22,933 bases of DNA from a virus (taxonomy: Duplodnaviria; Heunggongvirae; Uroviricota; Caudoviricetes), in the IMG/VR virus record IMGVR_UViG_2609459824_000003, positions 1-22,933 of that record; one strand, written 5' to 3'. A program made the translations under genes and the position numbers. This document shows, piece after piece, positions 7,987-15,393 of the stretch. The notes under the pieces are model-generated. The model ran no database searches, was not told the DNA's origin, and saw only the letters and a list, made by a program, of their open reading frames with translations. Numbering within the stretch: the stretch's first letter is position 1; each line of letters opens with the position of its first letter.

Positions 7987-8703
7987 ATGTCTGCTTTGTA
8001 TGAACGCTCACAGCTGACGCAGGTGATGATTTCATCTGCCCCGGCGACTGCTGAAACTATGGATAAGGCGGAATATCTGCGCCTGGATTGCACCATCAAG
8101 GAAGTCCAGTTCACCGCCGGTCAGAAACAGGATATTGATGTGACCACGCTCTGCTCCACCGAGCAGGAGAACATCAACGGTCTGGGGGCGTCGTCTGAGA
8201 TTTCCATGTCGGGTAATTTTTATCTGAATCAGGCCCAGAACGCCCTGCGTGATGCCTATGACAATGACGCGTTGTATGCGTTTAAGGTGCTGTTTCCGTC
8301 CGGTAAGGGCTTTAAGTTCCTGGCGGAAGTGCGTCAGCACACCTGGTCATCCGGTACCAACGGCGTGGTGGCAGCAACGTTTTCACTGCGTATGAAAGGC
8401 AAACCGGTGTCCTTTGTGGTACCGCTGGCGTTTGTGAAAAATCTGGATAAAACACTTACCGTGAATACAGGTGCGCTGCTGACAATGTCAGTCAGTGCCA
8501 ACGGGGGAACGCCGCCGTATAAATACGCCTGGAAGAAGGATGGTCAGCCGGTTGACGGGCAGACGACAGACACCTTCAGTAAGCCAGGAGCGCAGTCCGC
8601 TGATGCGGGGAAATATACCTGCGTGGTGACCGATTCGGCAGAGAAAGCACAGAGTGTGACGTCTGTTGAATGCACCGTGACAGTGAGCGCAGCCGCCGGA
8701 TAA
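7987..8703 (+). CDS. Major tail protein with C-terminal Ig-like domain
   Basis: The ORF-track start at 7852 would read through the terminator; the ATG at 7987 has a proper RBS (CAGGAGG). The C-terminal ~80 aa show an Ig-like pattern (YKYAWKKDGQPVDG...ADAGKYTCVVTD...VECTVTV). Position is directly upstream of the chaperone pair. Confidence 0.8.
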   Translation: MSALYERSQLTQVMISSAPATAETMDKAEYLRLDCTIKEVQFTAGQKQDIDVTTLCSTEQENINGLGASSEISMSGNFYLNQAQNALRDAYDNDALYAFKVLFPSGKGFKFLAEVRQHTWSSGTNGVVAATFSLRMKGKPVSFVVPLAFVKNLDKTLTVNTGALLTMSVSANGGTPPYKYAWKKDGQPVDGQTTDTFSKPGAQSADAGKYTCVVTDSAEKAQSVTSVECTVTVSAAAG

Positions 8704-8717
8704 GGGGATGGGTCATC

Positions 8718-9092
8718 ATGAAAAAGGATCTGAAAACGCTGGCGCTGGCCAGACTGTCAGGGTTTCGTCATAAAACGGTGAAGGTGCCGGAATGGGGTAA
8801 TGTCAGCGTGGTGCTGCGGGAGCCTTCGGCAGAGGCCTGGTATCTGTGGCAGGAAGTGCTCAATGGTGATGGAGAGGATGACGATACCCTGTCGGTGGTG
8901 GCGAAAACCCGCCGTAACCTGGAAGCGGATGTGACGCTGTTCTGCGATGTCCTGTGTGATACGGATCTGCAGCGGGTGTTCGCTCCGGACGACCGTGAGC
9001 AGGTGCTGGCCGTCTATGGTCCGGTACATGCCCGGTTGCTGCGTCAGGCACTGGAACTGATCGCTGATGCAGAGTCGGCCAGAAAAAAGTAG
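8718..9092 (+). CDS. Tail assembly chaperone (lambda G-equivalent)
   Basis: 124-aa acidic protein between the major tail and tape measure genes. RBS AAGGGGA upstream of ATG 8718. Ends ...ESARKK with TAG at 9090-9092, immediately after a slippery heptamer. Confidence 0.75.
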   Translation: MKKDLKTLALARLSGFRHKTVKVPEWGNVSVVLREPSAEAWYLWQEVLNGDGEDDDTLSVVAKTRRNLEADVTLFCDVLCDTDLQRVFAPDDREQVLAVYGPVHARLLRQALELIADAESARKK

Positions 9093-9397
9093 CCCGCCCG
9101 GAAATTCGCTTTCTGATGCGACTTGCGCTCCGTCTGGGGCGCACCTTATCCGAACTGCGGCACAGCCTGAGTGTGAGCGAGGCGATGATGTGGATGGAGT
9201 TCGACAGGGTATCCCCGCTGGGTGATGAGCGCGGGGATATCCGTAATGCACAGATCGTGAAAGCGGTTTTTGGGGCACAGGGGATGAATGTTGCACTGAA
9301 GGACGCCATGCTCTGCTGGGGCGAGGATGAGGATAAGCCGGAGGTGGATCCGTTTGCGGCGCTGGAAGACGCGCTGAGCTTCGCAGCACAGTCATGA
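8718..9397 (+). CDS. Tail assembly chaperone frameshift fusion (lambda GT-equivalent), via -1 frameshift at 9083-9089
   Basis: The -1 frame is open from 9089 to TGA at 9395-9397, giving a predicted fusion of about 226 aa. A G/GT frameshift is conserved in this position across long-tailed phages. Confidence 0.6.
9083..9089 (+). promoter_or_regulatory. Programmed -1 ribosomal frameshift slippery site (A AAA AAG)
   Basis: AAAAAAG occupies the last two codons of the G-like frame. A -1 slip reads GTA at 9089 and continues in the frame of ORF 9116-9397, which is open from 9089. Confidence 0.65.
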
Positions 9398-9406
9398 ATG
9401 ATGAGA

Positions 9407-9427
9407 ACCGCTGAGGCGGTTTTTTTA
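9407..9427 (+). terminator. Intrinsic-terminator-like hairpin upstream of the tape measure gene
   Basis: ACCGC (9407-9411), loop TGAG, GCGGT (9416-9420), then TTTTTTT (9421-9427). Stem and flank are identical to the hairpin at 1199-1219. Confidence 0.55.
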
Positions 9428-9444
9428 CGCCCGGAGAAAGGTGA

Positions 9445-12400
9445 ATGGCGACGTTACGTGAACTGATTATCAAAATTTCGGCAAATTCGCAGTCATTCCA
9501 GTCGGAGATCCAGCGGGCTTCCCGCATGGGCAGTGAATATTACCGGACCCTGCAGAATGGCGGGCGTCAGGCTGCCGCAGTCGCCCGGGAGCAGCGACGC
9601 GCCCTGGCTGAGCTGAACAGCCAGTTGACGGAAATCCGCGCTTCAGCTGCCGGAACGGCGGGGGCATTTGCAGGTGCCTTTGCCACCGGACACCTGATTT
9701 CTCTGGCCGATGAATGGAGTTCCGTGAATGCCCGACTGAAACAGGCGTCGCAGTCATCCGATGAATTTTCGTCATCACAGAAAGTGCTGATGGATATCAG
9801 CCAGCGGACGGGCACGGCATTTTCAGATAATGCGGCCCTGTTTGCCCGCTCGGCAGCCTCAATGCGTGAATATGGTTACAGTGCTGATGATGTGCTGAAG
9901 GTGACGGAGGCCATTTCCACGGGGCTGAAAATCTCCGGTGCCAGTACGGCAGAGGCGGGCTCGGTGATCACCCAGTTCAGCCAGGCGCTGGCACAGGGTG
10001 TGTTACGCGGTGAGGAATTTAATTCGGTCAATGAAAGCGGAGACCGGATCGTACGTGCACTGGCTGCGGGTATGGGCGTGGCCCGTAAAGACCTTAAGGC
10101 GATGGCGGACGACGGCAAACTGACGGCGGATAAAGTCGTTCCTGCGTTAATCAGCCAGCTGGGGGTATTGCGTGATGAATATGCCGCCATGCCGGAAACG
10201 GTCTCTGACGGGATCACAAAGGTGGAAAACGCCTTTATGGCCTGGGTGGGTGGCGCGAATGAAGCCAGCGGAGCGACGAAAACGCTCTCCGGCGTGCTGA
10301 ACGGTGTTGCCGGTAATATTGATAATGTGGCAACAGCCGCGGGGGCGCTGGTTGCCGTCGGGGTTGCCCGGTACTTTGGCAATATGGCCTCCGGAGCGGT
10401 GTCTGCCACGGCAGGACTTGTGACGGCAGCACGTAATGAAGTGGCACTGGCGGAAGCACAGCTCAGGGGGACGCAGATTGCCACGGCGCGGGCAAGGGCA
10501 GCCGTGTACCGTGCACAGCAGGCTGTGGCGGCAGCCCGCGGGACGGAGATGCAGATTGCTGCAGAAGCCCGTCTGGCGGCCACACAGGAACGCCTGAACA
10601 GAAATATTGCTGCCAGAACCGCAGCCCAGAATGAGCTGAACAGTACAACGGCGGTGGGCTCACGTCTGATGACTGGTGCGTTGGGACTGGTTGGTGGCGT
10701 ACCCGGACTGGTGATGCTGGGGGCAGCAGCATGGTATACGCTGTACCAGAATCAGGAGCAGGCCAGGGAGTCAGCGCGCCAGTATGCACTGACGATAGAT
10801 GAAATCGCGCATAAAACGCCGTCAATGTCTTTGCCTGAAGCCTCAGATAATGAAGGACGAACACGGGCGGCGCTGGCAGAGCAGAACCGGCTGATTGATG
10901 AACAGGCCAGCCGGGTGAAATCCCTGCAGGAAAAAATCGCTGGATATCAGTATGTTCTGGCTAACCCTGGCTGGACAACCGGTGACGGATTCATGATAAA
11001 CCATCTGACATCGGTGAAGACCGTGACGGAAGGGCTTTCTCAGGCAACAGAGCAGCTTGCCGTTGAGCAGTCCCGTCTGGCACAGATGCAGGAAAAAGCG
11101 CAGTCCATTCAGGATGTGCTTGCCGGGCTGGAAGACCGTCGTGTGGCGTTAATTCGTCAGCAGGCGGCAGAGCAGAATAAGGTGTACCAGTCCATGCTGG
11201 TTATGAACGGTCAGCATACGGAATTCAACCGTCTGCTGGGGCTGGGGAATGAACTGCTTCAGCAGCGTCAGGGACTGGTGAATGTACCGTTACGGCTGCC
11301 GCAGGCCACCCTGGATGATAAACAGCAGAGCGCCCTGACAAAAACAGAACGTGAGCTGGCCCTGTCCCGACTGAAGGGGGAGGAAAAAGAGCGTGCCCGG
11401 CTGGGGTATGCGGCGGATGACCTTGGTTTTGTGGGGGATTCGTATCAGGAGGCGAGACAGCGTTATATCAGTAATGCTCTGGAAGCCTGGCGTAATAACG
11501 AGGCGAACAAACCTAAATCCCGGGGTGGAAAATCAGAGACGGAAAAAGCGGAAGACAGTTTTTCCCGGCTACTGAAGCAGCAGAAAGAGCAACTGGCACT
11601 GGCGGGTCAGAATACAGAGCTGGCGAAGCTGAAGTACCAGACTGCGCAGGGCGAACTGAAAACCCTGACGGAGATGCAGAAGCAGGAACTGCTGCGTAAC
11701 GCGGCCCTGATTGACCAGCAAAAAATCCGGGAACAGTTGCGATCCCGGGAAGAGACCCTGAAGAATGATAATGTGGCTGCGCGTGCATCAAATGAAGCCG
11801 AACTGCTGGGATACGGGCAGGGAGAACGAGCCAGGGAACGCATGCGGGAGTTGCAGCAGATCCGCGACAGCTTCCGCCAGAAGGATGCGGACCTTCAGTC
11901 TCAGTATCAGACCGGGGATATCAGTGAGGATTTTTACAGACAGGCACGGGCACAGAACGCGCAGTATCTGAGCGAACGCCTTAAGGACCAGGCAGCCTTT
12001 TATGCCGAATCGGATGCGCAGCGTGCGGACTGGCAGAAAGGCTTGCAGGAGGGGCTCAGTAACTGGGTGGACAATGCATCCGATTACGCCTCACAGGCAG
12101 CACAGCTTGCGACGGAGGGTATCTCAGGGATGGTGAATAACATCACGGAGATGCTGAACGGAAACAAAGTGGAATGGCGCAACTGGGCCTCATCCGTACT
12201 GCAGGAAATCTCAAAAGTTCTTATGAATGCCGCGATTGTCAACGGAATTAAGACGGCGGCAAACGGTATGTCCGGTGCGGGAGGATTTATTGGCAGCATT
12301 GGTGACTGGCTGGGCGGTGCGGTGGCCAATGCAAAAGGCGGCGTGTATACCTCGGCAAACCTGAGTGCGTACAGCAACAGCATTGTGGACACGCCCACGT

Positions 12401-12687
12401 ACTTTGCGTTTGCAAAAGGGGCCGGGCTGATGGGGGAAGCCGGACCTGAAGCCATTATGCCCCTGACCCGGGCGGCGGATGGCTCGCTGGGCGTACGCGC
12501 GGTGGGCAGTATGAACGGCAGTGCCGGTCTGGTGTATTCCCCGGTCTACCACATCGCCATTCAGAATGACGGGGCTAACGGACAGATAGGGGCGGAGGCG
12601 GCAGGCAGTCTTGTGCAGCTGATTGACCAGCGGGTGCAGGCGGTGATGCTGTCCATGCGACGTGACGGAGGAATGCTGAGTGGCTGA
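9445..12687 (+). CDS. H: Tail tape measure protein (lambda H-like C-terminus)
   Basis: 1080-aa ORF, the longest gene in the tail module, with RBS GGAGAAAGG. Ala/Gln-rich helical central region. C-terminal region (...FAKGAGLMGEAGPEAIMPL...IQNDGANGQIG...MRRDGGMLSG) resembles the lambda gpH C-terminus. Confidence 0.85.
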   Translation: MATLRELIIKISANSQSFQSEIQRASRMGSEYYRTLQNGGRQAAAVAREQRRALAELNSQLTEIRASAAGTAGAFAGAFATGHLISLADEWSSVNARLKQASQSSDEFSSSQKVLMDISQRTGTAFSDNAALFARSAASMREYGYSADDVLKVTEAISTGLKISGASTAEAGSVITQFSQALAQGVLRGEEFNSVNESGDRIVRALAAGMGVARKDLKAMADDGKLTADKVVPALISQLGVLRDEYAAMPETVSDGITKVENAFMAWVGGANEASGATKTLSGVLNGVAGNIDNVATAAGALVAVGVARYFGNMASGAVSATAGLVTAARNEVALAEAQLRGTQIATARARAAVYRAQQAVAAARGTEMQIAAEARLAATQERLNRNIAARTAAQNELNSTTAVGSRLMTGALGLVGGVPGLVMLGAAAWYTLYQNQEQARESARQYALTIDEIAHKTPSMSLPEASDNEGRTRAALAEQNRLIDEQASRVKSLQEKIAGYQYVLANPGWTTGDGFMINHLTSVKTVTEGLSQATEQLAVEQSRLAQMQEKAQSIQDVLAGLEDRRVALIRQQAAEQNKVYQSMLVMNGQHTEFNRLLGLGNELLQQRQGLVNVPLRLPQATLDDKQQSALTKTERELALSRLKGEEKERARLGYAADDLGFVGDSYQEARQRYISNALEAWRNNEANKPKSRGGKSETEKAEDSFSRLLKQQKEQLALAGQNTELAKLKYQTAQGELKTLTEMQKQELLRNAALIDQQKIREQLRSREETLKNDNVAARASNEAELLGYGQGERARERMRELQQIRDSFRQKDADLQSQYQTGDISEDFYRQARAQNAQYLSERLKDQAAFYAESDAQRADWQKGLQEGLSNWVDNASDYASQAAQLATEGISGMVNNITEMLNGNKVEWRNWASSVLQEISKVLMNAAIVNGIKTAANGMSGAGGFIGSIGDWLGGAVANAKGGVYTSANLSAYSNSIVDTPTYFAFAKGAGLMGEAGPEAIMPLTRAADGSLGVRAVGSMNGSAGLVYSPVYHIAIQNDGANGQIGAEAAGSLVQLIDQRVQAVMLSMRRDGGMLSG

Positions 12688-13021
12688 GATAAAAACGCTG
12701 CATCTGGTCCCGCGTGAAGGGATGCAGGTGAGTGAGAAACCGTCGGTGGTGAGGGTTCGGTTTGGTGACGGTTATGAACAGCGCCGACCGACGGGACTTA
12801 ATGCCAGACTGAAGACGTTTCAGGCGGTGTTCCGGGTGACGGATGAACCAACCCGGCGCTGGCTGGATGAATTTTTATCGTGGCATGGTGGTTACCGTGC
12901 CTTTTTGTGGCGACCGCCGAAACATAACCTGACGGTGAGGGTGGTGTGCCGGGAGTGGAGCGTCACAGATAACGCCAGGCACAGTGATTTCAGTTGTACG
13001 ATTGAGCAGGTGGTGAACTGA
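12680..13021 (+). CDS. M: Minor tail protein M
   Basis: GTG start overlapping the tape measure stop. Translation (VRVRFGDGYEQRRPTGLNARLKTF...FSCTIEQVVN) matches lambda gpM along its length. Confidence 0.85.
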   Translation: MAEIKTLHLVPREGMQVSEKPSVVRVRFGDGYEQRRPTGLNARLKTFQAVFRVTDEPTRRWLDEFLSWHGGYRAFLWRPPKHNLTVRVVCREWSVTDNARHSDFSCTIEQVVN

Positions 13022-13719
13022 TGCAGGATATTCGCGAAGAAAGTCTGAACGAGTCGGTTAAGTCAGAGCAGTCACCGCGGGTGGTACTCTGGGAAATCGA
13101 CCTGACGGTACAGGGCGGTGAGCGGTATTTTTTCTGTAATGAGCTGAATGAAAAAGGGGAGCCGGTCACCTGGCAGGGGCGGCAATATCAGGCATACCCG
13201 ATTGACGGCAGCGGTTTTGAGATGAGCGGGAAGGGCAGCAGTGCCAGACCGTCGCTGACGGTGTCCAATCTGTTCGGTCTGGTCACCGGGATGGCGGAAG
13301 ACCTGCAGAGTCTGGTGGGGGCCACGGTGGTCCGCCGCCGGGTGTATGCCCGTTTTCTGGATGCGGTGAATTTCGTTGCGGGCAATCCGGAGGCGGACCC
13401 GGAGCAGGAGCTGAGTGACCGCTGGGTGGTGGAGCAGATGTCGCAGCTGACAGCCATGACGGCCTCGTTTGTGCTGGCTACACCGACCGAGACGGATGGG
13501 GCGCTGTTTCCCGGTCGCATCATGCTGGCGAACACCTGTATGTGGGATTACCGGGGAGATGAATGCGGGTATAACGGTCCTGCGGTGGCGGATGAGTTCG
13601 ACAACCCCACCACGGATATCCGTAAGGACAGATGCAGCAAGTGCATGCGCGGGTGTGAACTGCGCAGGAATGTCGGCAATTTTGGCGGTTTCCTTTCCAT
13701 TAATAAACTTTCGCAGTAA
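13021..13719 (+). CDS. L: Minor tail tip protein L
   Basis: TGATG overlap with M. Translation MQDIREESLNE...VVLWEIDLT...GGERYFFCNE matches lambda gpL. The C-terminal Cys cluster (CMWDYRGDECGY...CSKCMRGC) corresponds to the gpL Fe-S cluster ligands. Confidence 0.9.
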   Translation: MQDIREESLNESVKSEQSPRVVLWEIDLTVQGGERYFFCNELNEKGEPVTWQGRQYQAYPIDGSGFEMSGKGSSARPSLTVSNLFGLVTGMAEDLQSLVGATVVRRRVYARFLDAVNFVAGNPEADPEQELSDRWVVEQMSQLTAMTASFVLATPTETDGALFPGRIMLANTCMWDYRGDECGYNGPAVADEFDNPTTDIRKDRCSKCMRGCELRRNVGNFGGFLSINKLSQ

Positions 13720-13729
13720 ATCCCGGTTT

Positions 13730-14473
13730 ATGACACAGACTGAATCAGCGATTCTGGCGCATGCCCGGCGGTGTGCGCCTGCGGAGTCGTGCGGCTTCGT
13801 GATAAGCACGCCGGAGGGGGAGTGGTATATCCCTTGTGTGAATATTTCTGCAGAGCCGGAGGCGTATTTTCGTATCGCACCGGAAGACTGGCTGCGGGCA
13901 GAGATGCAGGGGGAGATTGTGGCACTGGTCCACAGTCATCCCGGTGGGCTGCCCTGGCTGAGCGAGGCTGACCGGCGGCTGCAGATAAAAAGCGCACTGC
14001 CCTGGTGGCTGGTCTGCCGGGGTGACATTCACAAATTCCGCTGTGTGCCACATCTGACAGGACGGCGCTTTGAGCACGGGGTGACGGACTGTTACACGCT
14101 GTTCCGGGATGCTTATCATCTGGCGGGGACTGAAATGCCGGATTTTCATCGCGAGGATGACTGGTGGCGCAACGGTCAGAACCTTTACCTGGACAATATG
14201 GCGGTCACCGGCTTTTACCGGGTGCCCCTGTCCTCTGCACAGGCGGGCGATATTCTGCTGTGCTGCTTTGGTGCTTCGGTACCGAACCATGCCGCCATTT
14301 ACTGCGGCAACGGTGAGCTGCTTCACCATCTGCCTGAACAACTGAGTAAACGGGAGAGGTATTCCGAAAAATGGCAACGACGAACGCATTCTGTCTGGCG
14401 TCACCGCCACTGGCACGCATCTGCCTTCACGGGGATTTACAACGATTTGGCCGCCGCCTCAGCCTGTATGTGA
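13730..14473 (+). CDS. K: Tail tip assembly protein K (JAB/MPN + NlpC/P60 domains)
   Basis: True start is ATG 13730 (MTQTESAILAHARRCAP..., as in lambda gpK), not the ORF-track start at 13469. JAMM motif H-x-H-x7-S-x2-D is present (HSHPGGLPWLSEAD, 13931-13972). NlpC/P60 catalytic Cys context VTDCYTLF at 14090-14092. Confidence 0.9.
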   Translation: MTQTESAILAHARRCAPAESCGFVISTPEGEWYIPCVNISAEPEAYFRIAPEDWLRAEMQGEIVALVHSHPGGLPWLSEADRRLQIKSALPWWLVCRGDIHKFRCVPHLTGRRFEHGVTDCYTLFRDAYHLAGTEMPDFHREDDWWRNGQNLYLDNMAVTGFYRVPLSSAQAGDILLCCFGASVPNHAAIYCGNGELLHHLPEQLSKRERYSEKWQRRTHSVWRHRHWHASAFTGIYNDLAAASACM

Positions 14474-15051
14474 ACACGGCAGCGGAAGCCATCCGGGCGC
14501 TGTCGTTACAGGTGCCGGGCTTTCGCCGTCAGATGAACGAAGGCTGGTACCAGATACGTATTGCCGGTTATGACACGGCACCGGAGGCGGTGTACGCCCG
14601 TCTTCATGAACAGCTGGGTGAGGGAACGGTCATCCATATTGTGCCGCGACTGGCCGGGGCCGGAAAGGGTGGACTGCAGATTGTGCTGGGGGCGGCAGCC
14701 ATCGTGGGCTCTTTCTTCACTGCCGGGGCATCAATGGCGTTATGGGGTTCAGCCCTGGCAGCCGGTGGTTTTTCTGCCACCACGATGCTGTTTTCACTTG
14801 GAGCCAGCATGATTCTGGGCGGTGTGGCCCAGATGCTGGCCCCGAAGGCAAAAACACCGGATTACCGCGCAACGGATAACGGCAGACAGAACACGTACTT
14901 TTCCTCGCTGGATAACATGATTGCCCAGGGGAACCCGATGCCGGTGCCTTACGGGGAAATGCTGGTTGGCTCCCGCCGTATATCCCAGGACATCAGCACC
15001 CGTGATGAAGGCGGGGGCGGAACGGTCGTGGTTATCGGGCGACAGGGATAA
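14371..15051 (+). CDS. I: Tail assembly protein I
   Basis: Translation MATTNAFCLASPPLARICLHGDLQRFGRR...GGLQIVLGAAAIVGSFFTAG...NTYFSSLDNMIAQGN matches lambda gpI. The 5' end overlaps K in another frame, as in lambda. Confidence 0.9.
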   Translation: MATTNAFCLASPPLARICLHGDLQRFGRRLSLYVNTAAEAIRALSLQVPGFRRQMNEGWYQIRIAGYDTAPEAVYARLHEQLGEGTVIHIVPRLAGAGKGGLQIVLGAAAIVGSFFTAGASMALWGSALAAGGFSATTMLFSLGASMILGGVAQMLAPKAKTPDYRATDNGRQNTYFSSLDNMIAQGNPMPVPYGEMLVGSRRISQDISTRDEGGGGTVVVIGRQG

Positions 15052-15056
15052 AACAT

Positions 15057-15089
15057 AAAAAAATCCCGCAGTGATCGCGGAGCTGCGGG
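15057..15089 (-). terminator. Intrinsic terminator oriented for the minus strand, in the I-J spacer
   Basis: On the minus strand: CCCGCAG, loop CUCCGCGAUCA, CUGCGGG, followed by AUUUUUUU (+ coordinates 15089 down to 15057). On the + strand the same hairpin is followed by GACAGACAAAT with no U-tract, so it is unidirectional against the tail operon. Confidence 0.5.
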
Positions 15090-15153
15090 GACAGACAAAT
15101 GAAGATCAATGTTAAGGAGTTGTTTTTGTTACTCGGGCAAAAAAACACTAACG
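15057..15153 (-). ncRNA. Candidate antisense small RNA (~95 nt) encoded in the I-J intergenic insert
   Basis: A predicted minus-strand promoter would start transcription near 15153 and the minus-oriented terminator ends it near 15057. The predicted transcript contains a CA-rich single-stranded stretch (AGUAACAAAAACAACUCC). There is no credible ORF on either strand. Confidence 0.3.
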
Positions 15154-15160
15154 CAGCGAA

Positions 15161-15188
15161 ATTATAAGCGCCACAGTCAGTGTGTGAA
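15161..15188 (-). promoter_or_regulatory. Candidate sigma70 promoter on the minus strand (TTCACA-N16-TATAAT)
   Basis: The reverse complement of + 15161-15166 (ATTATA) is a perfect TATAAT. The reverse complement of + 15183-15188 (TGTGAA) is TTCACA, a 5/6 match to TTGACA, at 16-bp spacing. Confidence 0.3.
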
Positions 15189-15262
15189 AATGTGAAGATA
15201 TTCAGAATTTTTATGCCATTACCGGTTTTAACCAACAGGATTATCGGTGGGCATGAAAGAAA

Positions 15263-15296
15263 ACCCCGGTATCTGCTGATACCGGGGTTTCTCTTT
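15263..15296. terminator. Bidirectional terminator-like hairpin in the I-J spacer
   Basis: Perfect 11-bp stem ACCCCGGTATC / GATACCGGGGT with loop TGCT (15263-15288). Flanked by GAAAGAAAA upstream and TTCTCTTT downstream, so it is U-rich on both strands. Confidence 0.4.
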
Positions 15297-15393
15297 AGCA
15301 TGGCAGAAATGTGTTTCATGCTTTTCGGGCGAAGGATATCCGACTTCTGTACGGAATGGCAAGTGGCGGTTAATTTATTCAGGGGAAGGCTGT

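Noticed and set aside
9116-9397. Independent 93-aa gene starting at ATG 9116
   Set aside because: There is no RBS, the frame is open upstream back to the slippery site, and the position matches the T portion of a G/GT frameshift pair. It is reported as a frameshift extension instead.
8757-9527. 256-aa minus-strand ORF across the chaperone and tape-measure start region
   Set aside because: It is antisense to well-supported + strand genes and crosses a + strand terminator. It is typical of spurious long ORFs on the non-coding strand of GC-rich coding DNA.
13469-13729. Upstream extension of the K ORF (ORF-track start at 13469)
   Set aside because: It overlaps the 3' third of L in another frame. 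ATG 13730 gives the N-terminus MTQTESAILAHARR matching lambda gpK.
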